A stretch of 64,000 nt of DNA, from positions 1-64,000 of the forward strand of contig NIVC01000296.1 in assembly GCA_002269645.1 (NCBI GenBank), read 5' to 3'. Below are positions 47,470 to 60,786 of the stretch, in pieces. The notes below the pieces were generated by a model, which did not search any database, was not told the origin of the DNA, and saw only the letters and a program-made list of their open reading frames with translations. A program made the position numbers and the translations under genes. How positions within the stretch are numbered: position 1 is the first letter of the stretch; each line of letters starts with the position of its first letter. This stretch comes from Macrostomum lignano. Its lineage: Eukaryota.

Positions 47470-49762
47470 CAAGGACAACTTGATAACTCAGGACCGGAAA
47501 CGAGCCAATTCATGGCGAAAAAAGTATGAGGCTCGTTTAAAAGCATTGTTCTATGGCCCATCCGTATGCGCATGCTTTCAGTTGCCAATGTATACTCGTA
47601 TCATATTTGACTTTTTGATAGGCAGTCAGAAGGCGGGTGCAGGGTCGGTTTTCTTAATTGTTGAATAGTTTTATTACATAAAGTAAACGTCGTGAAAATA
47701 CACAATGGGAAAGCTGTACATGCAGCACATGTATAAGGAAACTCGAGAAAAATTTACGATTCTTTCTTCATCTGAACTACAAACAGAGGAAAATAACAGT
47801 CACAGAACGGGACAAGAGCTGACTATGATAAATAGTGAAGTGTTTGCTCCAGGTTCGCTCACTGTCCACTCAGCTTCAGTATTTTTCTATCGTGCACTTT
47901 ATCCGGCGAAGGAGCGCTCTTTGCTCCTCGTTGAACATAACCCTTGAAGAAACAGTTGGTGAGGCGCACGCAGCATCCCAGAACATCTGCTTCAGGGAAG
48001 TAAAACTCGCCAACGGCAGCAAACAATTTCCGCACTCGCAAAGCACATGACGGTGATCGCAGCGAAATGAAGCATCCGAAACAGAGGCAAGCAAAATTGA
48101 ACAGCCACTTTGGCGGGTGCTTCAACTTTCCCCGGGAAATCATTTCAGTGAATTCACCGAGTGGGGTGTTGAAATTTTCGGCAGGATCTTCACCGGCAAT
48201 TTTCTACTTGAACGTTATGTAGCCTGAAATGTTATTATTATGCCTCAGTTGTCCTTCGCCTCAGCAATCGTTATTTTCATCCAAGTTCAATGGAAATGCA
48301 TGGAAATGCAGGAAATACAAATGCATGCCTTACCTGCAATATAATAAACAGATGTCTTTTCGGCCATTGATAGGCTCTCAGCTTTGACGTAGCAGTCATC
48401 GAGCGTCGAAAGTTCTTCGTCTGAAAGGGGCGTGTCGCAGCAAAGTCCTTGCCGCAGCAAAGGAGAATCTCTCCTAGACCAGCCAACTGAGTGCGTAATG
48501 TGCGTTGGTGGGGCAAAGGAAGGAGCGTCTGTGCATGCGCGTATGCAGAACTGCTAATCAGGTAAAGCAAAGCAGATTGGCGCATGGTGGCAATGTCGTA
48601 TCGTCGATTGTTTGGGTGCGTTGTGGCGAACTCGAATAGCTTCAGGATGAATGTAACCGATGTGTCCGGTACAACTCCATCGTGGTTAAAGGCAATAGAA
48701 AGGTTCTTAGATAATGCCCTCACCTCACTTTCGACGTCCACTGTAGAGTTTTTACAACGATTTATGATAGCTTCAAGTTGCGACCAATACTTTAATGTTG
48801 GTTGAAATCCAAGCAGATCTCGAACCGCAACTGGTGAGTGTAACCGAAAGCATCGCACGGAATAGTTTGGTGAAACGAAAACTCGCAGACCATTTCGGCA
48901 TTGGCGCTTAACGAGAAGATAAACATCTCTTGAACAATGGTAACAATAAGCTGATGTGCTTTGATGACGTATGAACAGTGAATGGATGCTCGGAATTCAG
49001 TCCACGATGGCAGCGTGTCACGCTCTCAAAATTCTACTGGTTCATCTTGGAAAAGGCATCGTTCGGACAACAGCACGCCCCTTCCCTCAGCCTGTCGACT
49101 GGCACGCACTGCAATATCCAAGCACGCATCTTAGTGTTTCGTTTCGACCCTATTTGATGGAGTGCAAATACGCTCGAATATTTGAATTAAAGCAGTAGAA
49201 CTTCACAAACCTTGTTTTTGAACGAGGCAGGACTGCGGGACTCCGTCGAAAACTGATGGTGGATGTAGCGGCCTTTCATTTCTTCCCTTTTTTATCATTG
49301 GTACATCTTGAGGCCAGTGCTTAGCACACACGCCCATGTAGTCTGTCACGGTCCAAACAACAACAAAATTGTTAATGAATTCATGTGGCCAGGCTAAATC
49401 TGATTCACAAAGCACATTTGAAGAAAGTCTTACCGTCAGTTGATTAGGCAGAGACAGTCGCCAAGCCTCTCGTTCAGCTGCATCTTTAGGAAACGAAAAT
49501 ACTGCAACATTCCGATCACGGTTACTATTGTAGTTTGCACAACAGAAAATGACGCTGCATTTTCTCGGCATGATATTTAGTTTCAGCAAGAATAAAAGTT
49601 CTCTCTCTCAATTGCAAGTGCATGCGAAGAACTCAATTTTCAGCTCAGAGTTCTTCGCTTTCGTAGCTTTGGATGGGCCATAGAACAATGCCTTTAAACG
49701 AGCCTCATACTTTTTCGCCATGAATTGGCTCGGTTCCGGTCCTGAGTTATTAAGTTGTCCTT
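47470..49762 (-). mobile_element. P-superfamily (THAP/Galileo-like) element, internally deleted, with about 93-bp TIRs and an 8-bp TSD
   Basis: TIRs start CAAGGACAAC; TSD tgtaatgt at 47462-47469 and 49763-49770. THAP domain at 49203-49589 (MPRKCSVIFC...FSFPKD...W...VCAKHW), transposase SALLYLISSSAY...LPLPHQRTL (48277-48858) and C-terminal ISRGKLKHP...NCFFKG. Confidence 0.9.
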
Positions 49763-50054
49763 GTGTAATGTTTTCTAGTGTTTTTAACCACAGACAGCAT
49801 CAATAGCGAAGTGACGAATAAATATATTTTTCCCCGTTTATTCAAGTCTACGGCCGAGAGCTAAGGCTTTGGATTCGCTTCCAAATCCGCAGCCTTAGCT
49901 CCCTGCGACAGAAACGAATAAGCGGATAATAACTTATCTGGATATTTCTATCAGATACTTGTAGTCAGAAGCGAGGCATACAAATTCAACGAAGTTCACA
50001 ACGCAAGACATAATTACAGTGTAACAGCAGTGCTGAAATAATAACCGCAGCTCG

Positions 50055-50095
<41 letters not shown>

Positions 50096-51116
50096 AGGCT
50101 GAACTAATTGCCAAATGTAAGAAGCAATCTGAAATAATTACCCCATGTGTCCCATACACTATGAAATTGCTTAGTGGTCTCTACCTGTCGCGACTTTGTT
50201 AGTCATTTCTCCACTCTCCAGCTCCAGTTGGCGAATTCTTTAGTGGTCTTTGAAACAGAGAATTGTCCTCCTTCGTTTCAGCAGGAAAGAGAGTCAGGTT
50301 TACGAGCGTATAATTGCTGTATCGTATATATATATCCTGCTTGACCTCAAAACCATAACTTTTGGCTCTCTGAAGATCAGCCATCATATTCTTGATCTTC
50401 GATGGTGATAAAGCGTAGGACATCCATCCTTCAGAATCCTTGACTACAACCAATTCCTTAGGTCGTTGCAGTTACGGAAATCTCTCTCAAAATGTTACTT
50501 TAAAAAAGTTTCATTGTATTGAATTTTTACATATAGTAGTGTTTCATGCTAAAATTTGCCGATTTTAAAATATAGAAGGAAAGATTTACGGTACAAAACA
50601 AGCTCTGATACAGCTAATTGTATTTCAGTCAGTAAAACCCCACATTAGGGCTAAAATAGCAATTTAAAATATGTAAAAAGTTCGACAAATACGAGCTTCT
50701 ACGAGAGTAGTTCTAAAAATAGCCGAGTTTAGCAGTGCAGTCGGCAGCTGTAGCTGGTTAACACCCAAGCTATCGCCTGTCCGTACCAGACGTCTACGAA
50801 TTCTCGACTACCAGTAAATTGCACTCTGCAACAGTTTGGCGAAAACAAATGCATGCAGTAAAACAATAAACACTTTTTTGCCTGAAATGTGTGAGAATTC
50901 AGGCAATAAAGTTTTTTTATCGCATATATACATATTTGAGCACTGCTCAGCTAATAGGTAAACAACACGAAATTCAAGCAGAGGGGACGCTGTAAATTTC
51001 GATCGAGGCCTGTTTCCGCAACACTATGTAGGCTCCCCTAAGCATCAGCGAGACGGGAGTTTTTAGTTTCTTAACACTAAATTTACAAAATCAAACCTCA
51101 ATGCATTCCGATCGAA

Positions 51117-51412
51117 GGGGTTGTAGCCTAGTGGTCAGAGCGTCGGTCTCACAATTGAAAGGTCTGGGGTTCGATTCTCGACCCAATTAGGACAATTTGA
51201 GTCCTTGAGCAAGACACTTAACTCTGCATTGCTTCAGTTCACCCAGCTGTAAAATGGGTGCCAGCATTAGCTGGGGTAATTAAGGGTGTGTGGCGCCCCC
51301 CCCCCAGTTCTTGGACTGAACAGCCGTACGCTGCCTTCAGATGCGCCGCGCAATAGCTGCGGCTGAGCTGTCGGTTGCACATCTGCACATTGGGGCACAT
51401 GTAATGAAAAAA
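51117..51412 (+). mobile_element. tRNA-derived SINE of a second family with a CORE-like central domain
   Basis: A box TAGCCTAGTGG and B box GGTTCGATTC. The central gtccttgagcaagacacttaac...cagctgtaaaatggg resembles the CORE-SINE domain. Ends in an A tail. Confidence 0.75.
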
Positions 51413-51477
51413 ATTCTGAATAATATCAAAGAATGAAGAGTAAAGGGTCAGACGGAGATTGAGATATTTGAGGAATC

Positions 51478-53424
51478 ACACAGAGCTCACAGTTCACAGA
51501 GCTCACAGTTCACAGAGCTCACAGTTCACAGAGCTCACAGTTCACAGAGCTCACAGTTCACAGAGCTCACAGTTCACAGAGCTCACAGTTCACAGAGCTC
51601 ACAGTTCACAGAGCTCACAGTTCACAGAGCTCACAGTTCACAGAGCTCACAGTTCACAGAGCTCACAGTTCACAGAGCTCACAGTTCACAGAGCTCACAG
51701 TTCACAGAGCTCACAGTTCACAGAGCTCACAGTTCACAGAGCTCACAGTTCACAGAGCTCACAGTTCACAGAGCTCACAGTTCACAGAGCTCACAGTTCA
51801 CAGAGCTCACAGTTCACAGAGCTCACAGTTCACAGAGCTCACAGTTCACAGAGCTCACAGTTCACAGAGCTCACAGTTCACAGAGCTCACAGTTCACAGA
51901 GCTCACAGCTCACAGTTCACAGAGCTCACAGTTCACAGAGCTTACAATTCACAGAGCTCACAGTTCACAGAGCTCACAGTTCACAGAGCTCACAGTTCAC
52001 AGAGCTCACAGTTCACAGAGCTCACAGTTCACAGAGCTCACAGTTCACAGAGCTCACAGTTCACAGAGCTCACAGTTCACAGAGCTCACAGTTCACAGAG
52101 CTCACAGCTCACAGTTCACAGAGCTCACAGTTCACAGAGCTCACAGTTCACAGAGCTCACAGTTCACAGAGCTCACAATTCACAGAGCTCACAGTTCACA
52201 GAGCTCACAGTTCACAGAGCTCACAGTTCACAGAGCTCACAGTTCACAGAGCTCACAGTTCACAGAGCTCACAGTTCACAGAGCTCACAGTTCACAGAGC
52301 TCACAGTTCACAGAGCTCACAGTTCACAGAGCTCACAGTTCACAGAGCTCACAGTTCACAGAGCTCACAGTTCACAGAGCTCACAGTTCACAGAGCTCAC
52401 AGTTCACAGAGCTCACAGTTCACAGAGCTCACAGTTCACAGAGCTCACAGTTCACAGAGCTCACAGTTCACAGAGCTCACAGTTCACAGAGCTCACAGTT
52501 CACAGAGCTCACAGTTCACAGAGCTCACAGCTCACAGTTCACAGAGCTCACAGTTCACAGAGCTTACAATTCACAGAGCTCACAGTTCACAGAGCTCACA
52601 GTTCACAGAGCTCACAGTTCACAGAGCTCACAGTTCACAGAGCTCACAGTTCACAGAGCTCACAGTTCACAGAGCTCACAGTTCACAGAGCTCACAGTTC
52701 ACAGAGCTCACAGCTCACAGTTCACAGAGCTCACAGTTCACAGAGCTCACAGTTCACAGAGCTCACAGTTCACAGAGCTTACAATTCACAGAGCTCACAG
52801 TTCACAGAGCTCACAGTTCACAGAGCTCACAGTTCACAGAGCTCACAGTTCACAGAGCTCACAGTTCACAGAGCTCACAGTTCACAGAGCTCACAGTTCA
52901 CAGAGCTCACAGTTCACAGAGCTCACAGCTCACAGTTCACAGAGCTCACAGTTCACAGAGCTCACAGTTCACAGAGCTCACAGTTCACAGAGCTTACAAT
53001 TCACAGAGCTCACAGTTCACAGAGCTCACAGTTCACAGAGCTCACAGTTCACAGAGCTTACAATTCACAGAGCTCACAGTTCACAGAGCTCACAGTTCAC
53101 AGAGCTCACAGTTCACAGAGCTCACAGTTCACAGAGCTCACAGTTCACAGAGCTCACAGTTCACAGAGCTCACAGTTCACAGAGCTCACAGTTCACAGAG
53201 CTCACAGTTCACAGAGCTCACAGTTCACAGAGCTCACAGTTCACAGAGCTCACAGTTCACAGAGCTCACAGTTCACAGAGCTCACAGCTCACAGTTCACA
53301 GAGCTCACAGTTCACAGAGCTTACAATTCACAGAGCTCACAGTTCACAGAGCTCACAGTTCACAGAGCTCACAGTTCACAGAGCTCACAGTTCACAGAGC
53401 TCACAGTTCACAGAGCTCACAGTA
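51478..53424. repeat. 16-bp satellite (CACAGAGCTCACAGTT)n, about 120 copies
   Basis: Direct inspection; the translation repeats every 16 aa (3 x 16 nt). Confidence 0.97.
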
Positions 53425-54803
53425 TCGTGTCCATATAAATGCACAGTAGAACTCTCAACTCAGGTAGTGAAAGTGAACTGGGCTTCGCGGCTCAAAAACA
53501 ATGCTTAAAACTTGGTCAAAACTCTCCAATACTGTCAGCTGCTACTGCAGTGGGCGGAGCTGGCCGAAAATGTGTCCCGTTATCCCCTAATGGTAAATAA
53601 TTCAATGGGAGCTTGCTTCATTGATTTGCTCACCCTCTCCTGTCTCTCACTCTATTCCTCTCTGAAGTGGCGATTTATTGTCGCTATTAGCACTTAATTG
53701 GCGCCGTAAAACTGCCTGCCTGACGAGTTCTGTACAGATACGTTCGTAGGCGTCCTTACCTATTTGCTATATACAGATAGAGTTGGTAGCATAGAGAGTT
53801 TTATGTGTTGCTAAGCTAGACCGCCGATTACGTAATAATATTAGTGAATTGCACAATGCAGCTCAAGTATATGGTCCGGTCTAATTGTCTGTGTGTTTTT
53901 TTCTTCTTACCAATTCATTTCGGCAAGTCTCATTTGAGTCGCTTTCTGTAAACTTGGACAATTTTAATTATCTCAGCAATGCATTTTGCATGCTTAAGTA
54001 GCGTTATATTTCTTGGCATGTTGGCTAATATTATTTGATAAAGTTACTCATAAACTTTTTCCGAATTAGTCCGAATAAGCAGACCAAAGAGTATTGAGGT
54101 CCCCTATAGTATAGAGTGCCAATAAGGATGAAAATCTGAGGCCGATTTTTAGAATCCACCCACCCCCTCCGGTCACCAAGCTTTTTAGTCTATGGCACAA
54201 GTTGTGGCACTCTTTGAAGCAAACGTTTTCCTGTCCTCAATTACGCTGCATTTAATGCCTATTAATATATACATATATAATCATTCTTCAAGCCCGCATC
54301 CGTGCCAGTGTTGCGGCTGCTAAGGCCAAATAGACAAAGGCTGCGAGCCAGCGAATCCAAGGCCGGGGGGGAGAGAGAGAAGGGGAGAGAGTGAGGAGAG
54401 AGCGGGGGCAGTCAGTCGGGTGTGAGGAAGGAGAAAAGAAACAGGCCATCCGCTGCATTTCTATTTCTAGGAAAGCCTACACGGCCTCTACGGTTTTCAA
54501 TGCAGCAAAAACTTCCCCCGGGGCTTCCCACGCTCCCTTCTGCAGCTCTCCGCCTGAGCAGCCAGCTTCTGCATTGAGTAGGAACACCAGACCAGGGAGA
54601 GTTGCTTCTCTGACGCACCTGGCAATTACGCAACAATCGGAGGAACACAAGCAGCTCGAGTAAGGAGAGGCGATTCCGCCAGAGCAAACAGCACTATTTG
54701 CTCCTGCTACTGCCTGCCGCTGCTCAAAGCGTTCGCCAGGCTGGATTCCTGACTCACCCCCGGGCGTTGGCACACGCAGCCAGACTGACAGCTACACCGC
54801 ATC

Positions 54804-55355
54804 ATGCTGAAGTGGGCCAGCGGCAGCTCACCAGCTCCAGCTGGCCAGGCAGGCAGCCAAGCCTGCCCCGATCAGGTCGGGCTCGAGCACCCACCGGCTT
54901 CGAATACCTCCGAGCAAAGCACAACTCCTGCCGCTGCCGCCTCGGCCTCGTCGCCAGCCGTGTCTCTTCGCCGGTTCGGTCGCGGGCTTCGGCTGGCGTC
55001 GCTCTTCAACTCGACGGCTCAGTCGAGTCGCTGCGGCAGCAGCAGCGGCGGCGGCGGCGGCGGCGGCGGCGGGTCTCTGACGGAGCTCGCCTCAGTAGTG
55101 TCGGCCGCCACCACGACTGACAGCGGCGCCGTTGTTGAAGCGGCCTCGTCAATCTCGTCGAAGTCTTCCAAGTCGTCGTCGAAATCGTCGAATTCTACGA
55201 AATCGTCAAAGTCTTCGGCGAGCTCGTCGCCGTCGTCGTCGTCGGCTTCGTCCGCTGCTTTGTCGAAGTTCAAGCTTGTTGGCAGACGGGCGCAGCAGCA
55301 AAAGCACAGCCGGTCTCGCAGCGTTGACCGGTGCTCTCTGACTGCCAGCTCTCCG
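54804..55355 (+). CDS. TTC28: Probable first coding exon of a TTC28-like gene (Ser/Gly/Ala low-complexity)
   Basis: ATG at 54804 (first after an in-frame stop), 552 nt, and strong donor CCG|gtgagt in phase 0 matching the next exon. The link to TTC28 is inferred from phase and orientation only. Confidence 0.55.
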
Positions 55356-55452
55356 GTGAGTCTCAGGAAACAGACTTTGTCAGCACCTGATGAAGAATAG
55401 ATGCCATTACAGTGTGTCTACCATTCTTTTGTTGTGTCTGCCATTACAGAGC

Positions 55453-55883
55453 GTGTGTCTGTGTCTCCCAACTGGAGTGTCTGTGTCTCCCACTGGAGTG
55501 TCTGCGTCTCCCTACTGGAGTGTCTGTGTCTCCCACTGGAGTGTCTGTGTCTCCCTACTGGAGTGTCTGTGTCTCCCACTGGAGTGTCTGCGTCTCCCTA
55601 CTGGAGTGTCTGTGTCTCCCTACTGGAGTGTCTGTGTCTCCCCACTGGAGTGTCTGCGTCTCCCTACTGGAGTGTCTGTGTCTCCCACTGGAGTGTCTGT
55701 GTCTCCCTACTGGAGTGTCTGTGTCTCCCACTGGAGTGTCTGCGTCTCCCTACTGGAGTGTCTGTGTCTCCCACTGGAGTGTCTGTGTCTCCCTACTGGA
55801 GTGTCTGTGTCTCCCACTGGAGTGTCTGCGTCTCCCTACTGGAGTGTCTGTGTCTCCCACTGGAGTGTCTGTGTCTCCCTACT
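55453..55883. repeat. 21/22-bp minisatellite (ACTGGAGTGTCTGTGTCTCCC[T])
   Basis: Direct inspection. Confidence 0.95.
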
Positions 55884-55912
55884 CGAGTTCTGCTGTTACA
55901 TGTGCGTTCAAT

Positions 55913-56164
55913 AACCCATAGATGAGTCTATCATATCCCATAGATGAGTCTATCATATCCCATAGATGAGTCTGTCATATCCCATAGATGAGTCTGTCAT
56001 ATCCCATAGATGAGTCTATCATATCCCATAGATGAGTCTGTCATATCCCATAGATGAGTCTATCATATCCCATAGATGAGTCCGTCATATCCCATAGATG
56101 AGTCTGTCATATCCCATAGATGAGTCTGTCATATCCCATAGATGAGTCTGTCATATCCCTTAGA
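55913..56164. repeat. 22-bp minisatellite (CCCATAGATGAGTCTRTCATAT)
   Basis: Direct inspection. Confidence 0.95.
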
Positions 56165-56592
56165 TGTTTGAAACACCACACTGACAGCAGCTTACAAGAG
56201 TGAATTATTGTAATATAAGAACTATTCACCATACGAGCAGTGACCTCGACTGACTCTGGGAGACCTGCACAACAGTCTTTAGTATTTCTGCACAAGCAAA
56301 TCAACTTCAGCATGGCCTGCTGCTGCCTTCCCTTGCACCCCACGGCGAAACTCAACAGAACTTCTTTTGTTTCTTTTGTGCGCGAGAAAGAAAGAGAAGG
56401 AGAATAGAGAGACGAGGCAGTTAACGATTGGGAAGCTGAAAGAAAACCGAACAAAGAGACGATGGCAGTTTGAAACAGCTCCTAGCAGAAGGAAAATGTC
56501 ATCAGGGCCGAAGCCACCTCTGCCGCGAGGACAAAGCGGTCGGCTGCTGCTGGCTTTAATTTCCCCTTTTCTTCAAATTTTTACCAGTAGCG

Positions 56593-57862
56593 TTACCCTC
56601 TCTCCCTAGAGCCCCTACCCTCTCTCCCTAGAGCCCCTACCCTCTCTCCCTAGAGCCCCTACCCTCTCTCCCTAGAGCCCTACCCTCTCTCCCTAGAGGC
56701 CCTACCCTCTCTCCCTAGAGCCCTACCCTCTCTCCCTAGAGCCCCTGCTCTCTCTCCCTATAGCCCCTACCCTCTCTCCCTAGAGCCCCTACCCTCTCTC
56801 CCTAGAGCCCTACCCTCTCTCCCTAGAGCCCCTACCCTCTCTCCCTAGAGCCCCTACCCTCTCTCCCTAGAGCCCTACCCTCTCTCCCTAGAGGCCCTAC
56901 CCTCTCTCCCTAGAGCCCTACCCTCTCTCCCTAGAGCCCCTGCTCTCTCTCCCTATAGCCCCTACCCTCTCTCCCTAGAGCCCCTGCTCTCTCTCCCTAT
57001 AGCCCCTACCCTCTCTCCCTAGAGCCCCTACCCTCTCTCCCTAGAGCCCTACCCTCTCTCCCTAGAGCCCTACCCTCTCTCCCTAGAGCCCCTGCTCTCT
57101 CTCCCTATAGCCCCTACCCTCTCTCCCTAGAGCCCCTACCCTCTCTCCCTAGAGCCCCTACCCTCTCTCCCTAGAGCCCCTACCCTCTCTCCCTAGAGCC
57201 CCTACCCTCTCTCCCTAGAGCCCCTACCCTCTCTCCCTATAGCCTCTACTCTCTTTCCCTAGAGCCCCTACCCTCTTTCCCTAGAGCCCCTACCCTCTCT
57301 CCCTATAGCCCCTGCTCTCTCTCCCTATAGCCTCTACTCTATTTCCCTAGAGCCCCTACCCTCTTTCCCTAGAGCCCATACCCTCTTTCCCTAGAGCCCC
57401 TACCCTCTCTCCCTATAGCCCCTGCTCTCTCTCCCTATAGCCTCTACTCTATTTCCCTAGAGCCCCTACCCTCTTTCCCTAGAGCCCCTACCCTCTCTCC
57501 CTAGAGCCCCTACCCTCTCTCCCTAGAGCCCTACCCTCTCTCCCTAGAGCCCTACCCTCTCTCCCTAGAGCCTTACCCTCTCTCCCTAGAGCCCCTACCC
57601 TCTCTGCCTAGAGCCCTACCCTCTCTCCCTAGAGCCCCTACCCTCTTTCCCTGGAGCCCTACCCTCTTTCCCTAGAGCCCCTACCCTCTCTGCCTAGAGC
57701 CCTACCCTCTCTCCCTAGAGCCCCTACCCTCTTTCCCTAGAGCCCTACCCTCTCTCCCTAGAGCCCTACCCTCTCTCCCTAGAGCCCCTACCCTCTCTCC
57801 CTAGAGCCCTACCCTCTCTCCCTAGAGCCCTACCCTCTCTCCCTAGAGCCCTACCCTCTTTC
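56593..57862. repeat. 21/22-bp minisatellite (CCCTACCCTCTCTCCCTAGAGC)
   Basis: Direct inspection. Confidence 0.95.
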
Positions 57863-58384
57863 CATAAAGCCTTGCGCTAAAATGGGCAACTCCCGTAACT
57901 ACAGCTTTACCCCAGCTAACTCACTCGGCATGTCAACTACAATTAAGTTAAATGACAGTGTGCAGATGATCACGGAAACCATTTATTATACATTAATCAA
58001 AGATTAGTTTACACACTGATTGGCACAATACAGACAGAATATAAAATAGGGCTTGGCGCACTGGTGACTAATAATAATATTAATTAGGTGTACTGCTATA
58101 CAGTAGCAATTAGAGAATAGTGACAGAAGTCAATCTGGCGAACCCGGGAACCCCCGCTGAGAGTCCTTCAATTACTGCAGCTGATTCAGCAGTGGCTGCT
58201 GGCCCTGCAGTCCCCGACATGCACGGGTACTGATGCAAGTGTTTCCATTCATTTCTTGTCCTCTTGTTGTCTGCCCCTGGTCCCGTCTTCTATTCGCCTT
58301 TCTCTCCTGTATATCTCCTCAGGTCTCTCTCACCCCTGCATCTCCCTCTCCTCATCCGTAAGCCTCTTCTTTCCTCTCTCCTCC

Positions 58385-59162
58385 CTCTACCTCTCCTCTC
58401 CACTCACTACCTCTCCTCTCCACTCACTACCTCTCCTCTCCACTCACTACCTCTCCTCTCCACTCACTACCTCTCCTCTCCACTCACTACCTCTCCTCTC
58501 CACTCACTACCTCTCCTCTCCACTCACTACCTCTCCTCTCCACTCACTACCTCTCCTCTCCACTCACTACCTCTCCTCTCCACTCACTACCTCTCCTCTC
58601 CACTCACTACCTCTCCTCTCCACTCACTACCTCTCCTCTCCACTCACTACCTCTCCTCTCCACTCACTACCTCTCCTCTCCACTAACTACCTCTCCTCTC
58701 TTCTCCCACTGCCTCTGCTCTCCACTCACTACCTCTCCTCTCCACTCACTACCTCTCCTCTCCACTCACTACCTCTGCTCCCCACTCACTAACTCTCCTC
58801 TCCACTCACTACCTCTCCTCTCCACTCACTACCTCTCCTCTCCACTCACTACCTCTCCTCTCCACTCAATACCTCTCCTCTCCACTCACTACCTCTCCTC
58901 TCCACTCAATACCTCTGTCTCCACTCACTACCTCTCCTCTCCACTCACTACCTCTCCTCTCCACTCACTACCTCTCCTCTCCACTCAATACCTCTCCTCT
59001 CCACTCACTACCTCTCCTCTCCACTCACTACCTCTCCTCTCCACTCAATACCTCTCCTCTCCACTCAATACCTCTCCTCTCCACTCAATACCTCTCCTCT
59101 CCACTCAATACCTCTCCTCTCCACTCAATACCTCTCCTCTCCACTCACTACCTCTCCTCTCT
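58385..59162. repeat. 20-bp minisatellite (CTCTCCTCTCCACTCACTAC)
   Basis: Direct inspection. Confidence 0.95.
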
Positions 59163-59663
59163 TCTCCCACTACCAAAAAATTAAAAAAACTATTATTTCC
59201 TAGCAATTAATATATGCATCATAAGTCAGGGGAGACACCCTATTTAATAAAGCTGGCGTTGACTTGATCTCCGAAATGAAAGCAAGCCCAATTAGCATAG
59301 GGCCAGCGGACAGACAAAGACACGCAGCGCGCAGCTACGAGCTACTTCGTACTATCAGAATATCGCGTTTCTCGATTCTTTTTCGAGACGGCTTTTCAAT
59401 TCCCAGTCACGCTTCAAGCGCGAAGATCGGGTTGCTGAGGAAGCCGGAATGGCAACCCGACACTCAACTTGAATGGCAATCGGCATTTTCAGCTTGCATT
59501 TGGATATATCATTTAACAATCGTGTAGCACAACACAAAAATGGATATAGAAAACACAAAAGAGCCTCAGAATTTATTCCCTCCGCGATAAACGTACAGTA
59601 ATTAATAAGGAAAGTTTCATGCGACACAGCGGATCCATAAGAGTTACATTTACTCTTCATCAG

Positions 59664-59805
59664 GGCCTTCCATCGACCAGCGGCCAGTCCATGGCCCAGT
59701 TCGCGGACACTGCTGCCGCCATCTGCCTCAGCCTCGGCCAGAACTCCGACGATGCGAGCCGACTTTGCGACCTGATCGACTGCGCCATGGAGTCACCTAT
59801 CGGAG
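59664..59805 (+). CDS. TTC28: TTC28-like exon
   Basis: Acceptor cttcatcag and donor G|gtgcgt. MAQFADTAAAICLSLGQ...LCDLIDCAMESP resembles the end of the TTC28 N-terminal TPR block. Confidence 0.75.
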
Positions 59806-59810
59806 GTGCG

Positions 59811-60481
<671 letters not shown>

Positions 60482-60501
60482 CTAACTCGGTAAACTTGCA
60501 G

Positions 60502-60786
60502 ACCAGTTCAGAGCCACTCGAGCCCAGCTCAGCCAGCTGTCTATGGCCGAGAGTCCGTTCGTCATCACCGCCGCTATCGGCCAGGAGCTGGAGAGTCGCG
60601 GGCTGCACAAGCAGGCGGCGACGTGTCTGGAGAGCGCGCTGCGCCTGCCGACGGGCGGCGGGGCGGACTTCGGCAGGCTGAGGGCTTCGGTGATCAGCGC
60701 GCTGAGCAAGGCGCACTGGCTGCTGGGGAATCTCGACAGGGCGGTTTGCCTCATGCAGCAGGACCTGGCCACGGCTGAGAAACTTG
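60502..60786 (+). CDS. TTC28: TTC28-like exon (TPR region)
   Basis: SPFVITAAIGQEL...LESALRL...LRASVISALSKAHWLLGNLDRAV..MQQDLATAEKLG closely resembles TTC28. Acceptor cttgcag, donor G|gtcagt; phase 1 on both sides (285 nt). Confidence 0.85.

Noticed and set aside
50199-50453. 84-aa ORF as a host exon (similarly 56107-56454 and 63062-63300)
   Set aside because: No recognisable motif and no convincing paired splice sites.
51117-51190. Possible tRNA gene (also the heads at about 26185-26254 and 32250-32320)
   Set aside because: Acceptor and anticodon stems do not pair properly, and each head continues into a SINE body with an A tail (and TSDs for two copies).
51459-53438. 659-aa ORF and CRISPR-like regularity
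   Set aside because: The ORF is a by-product of a stop-free 16-bp satellite. There are no unique spacers or cas genes, and the context is eukaryotic.
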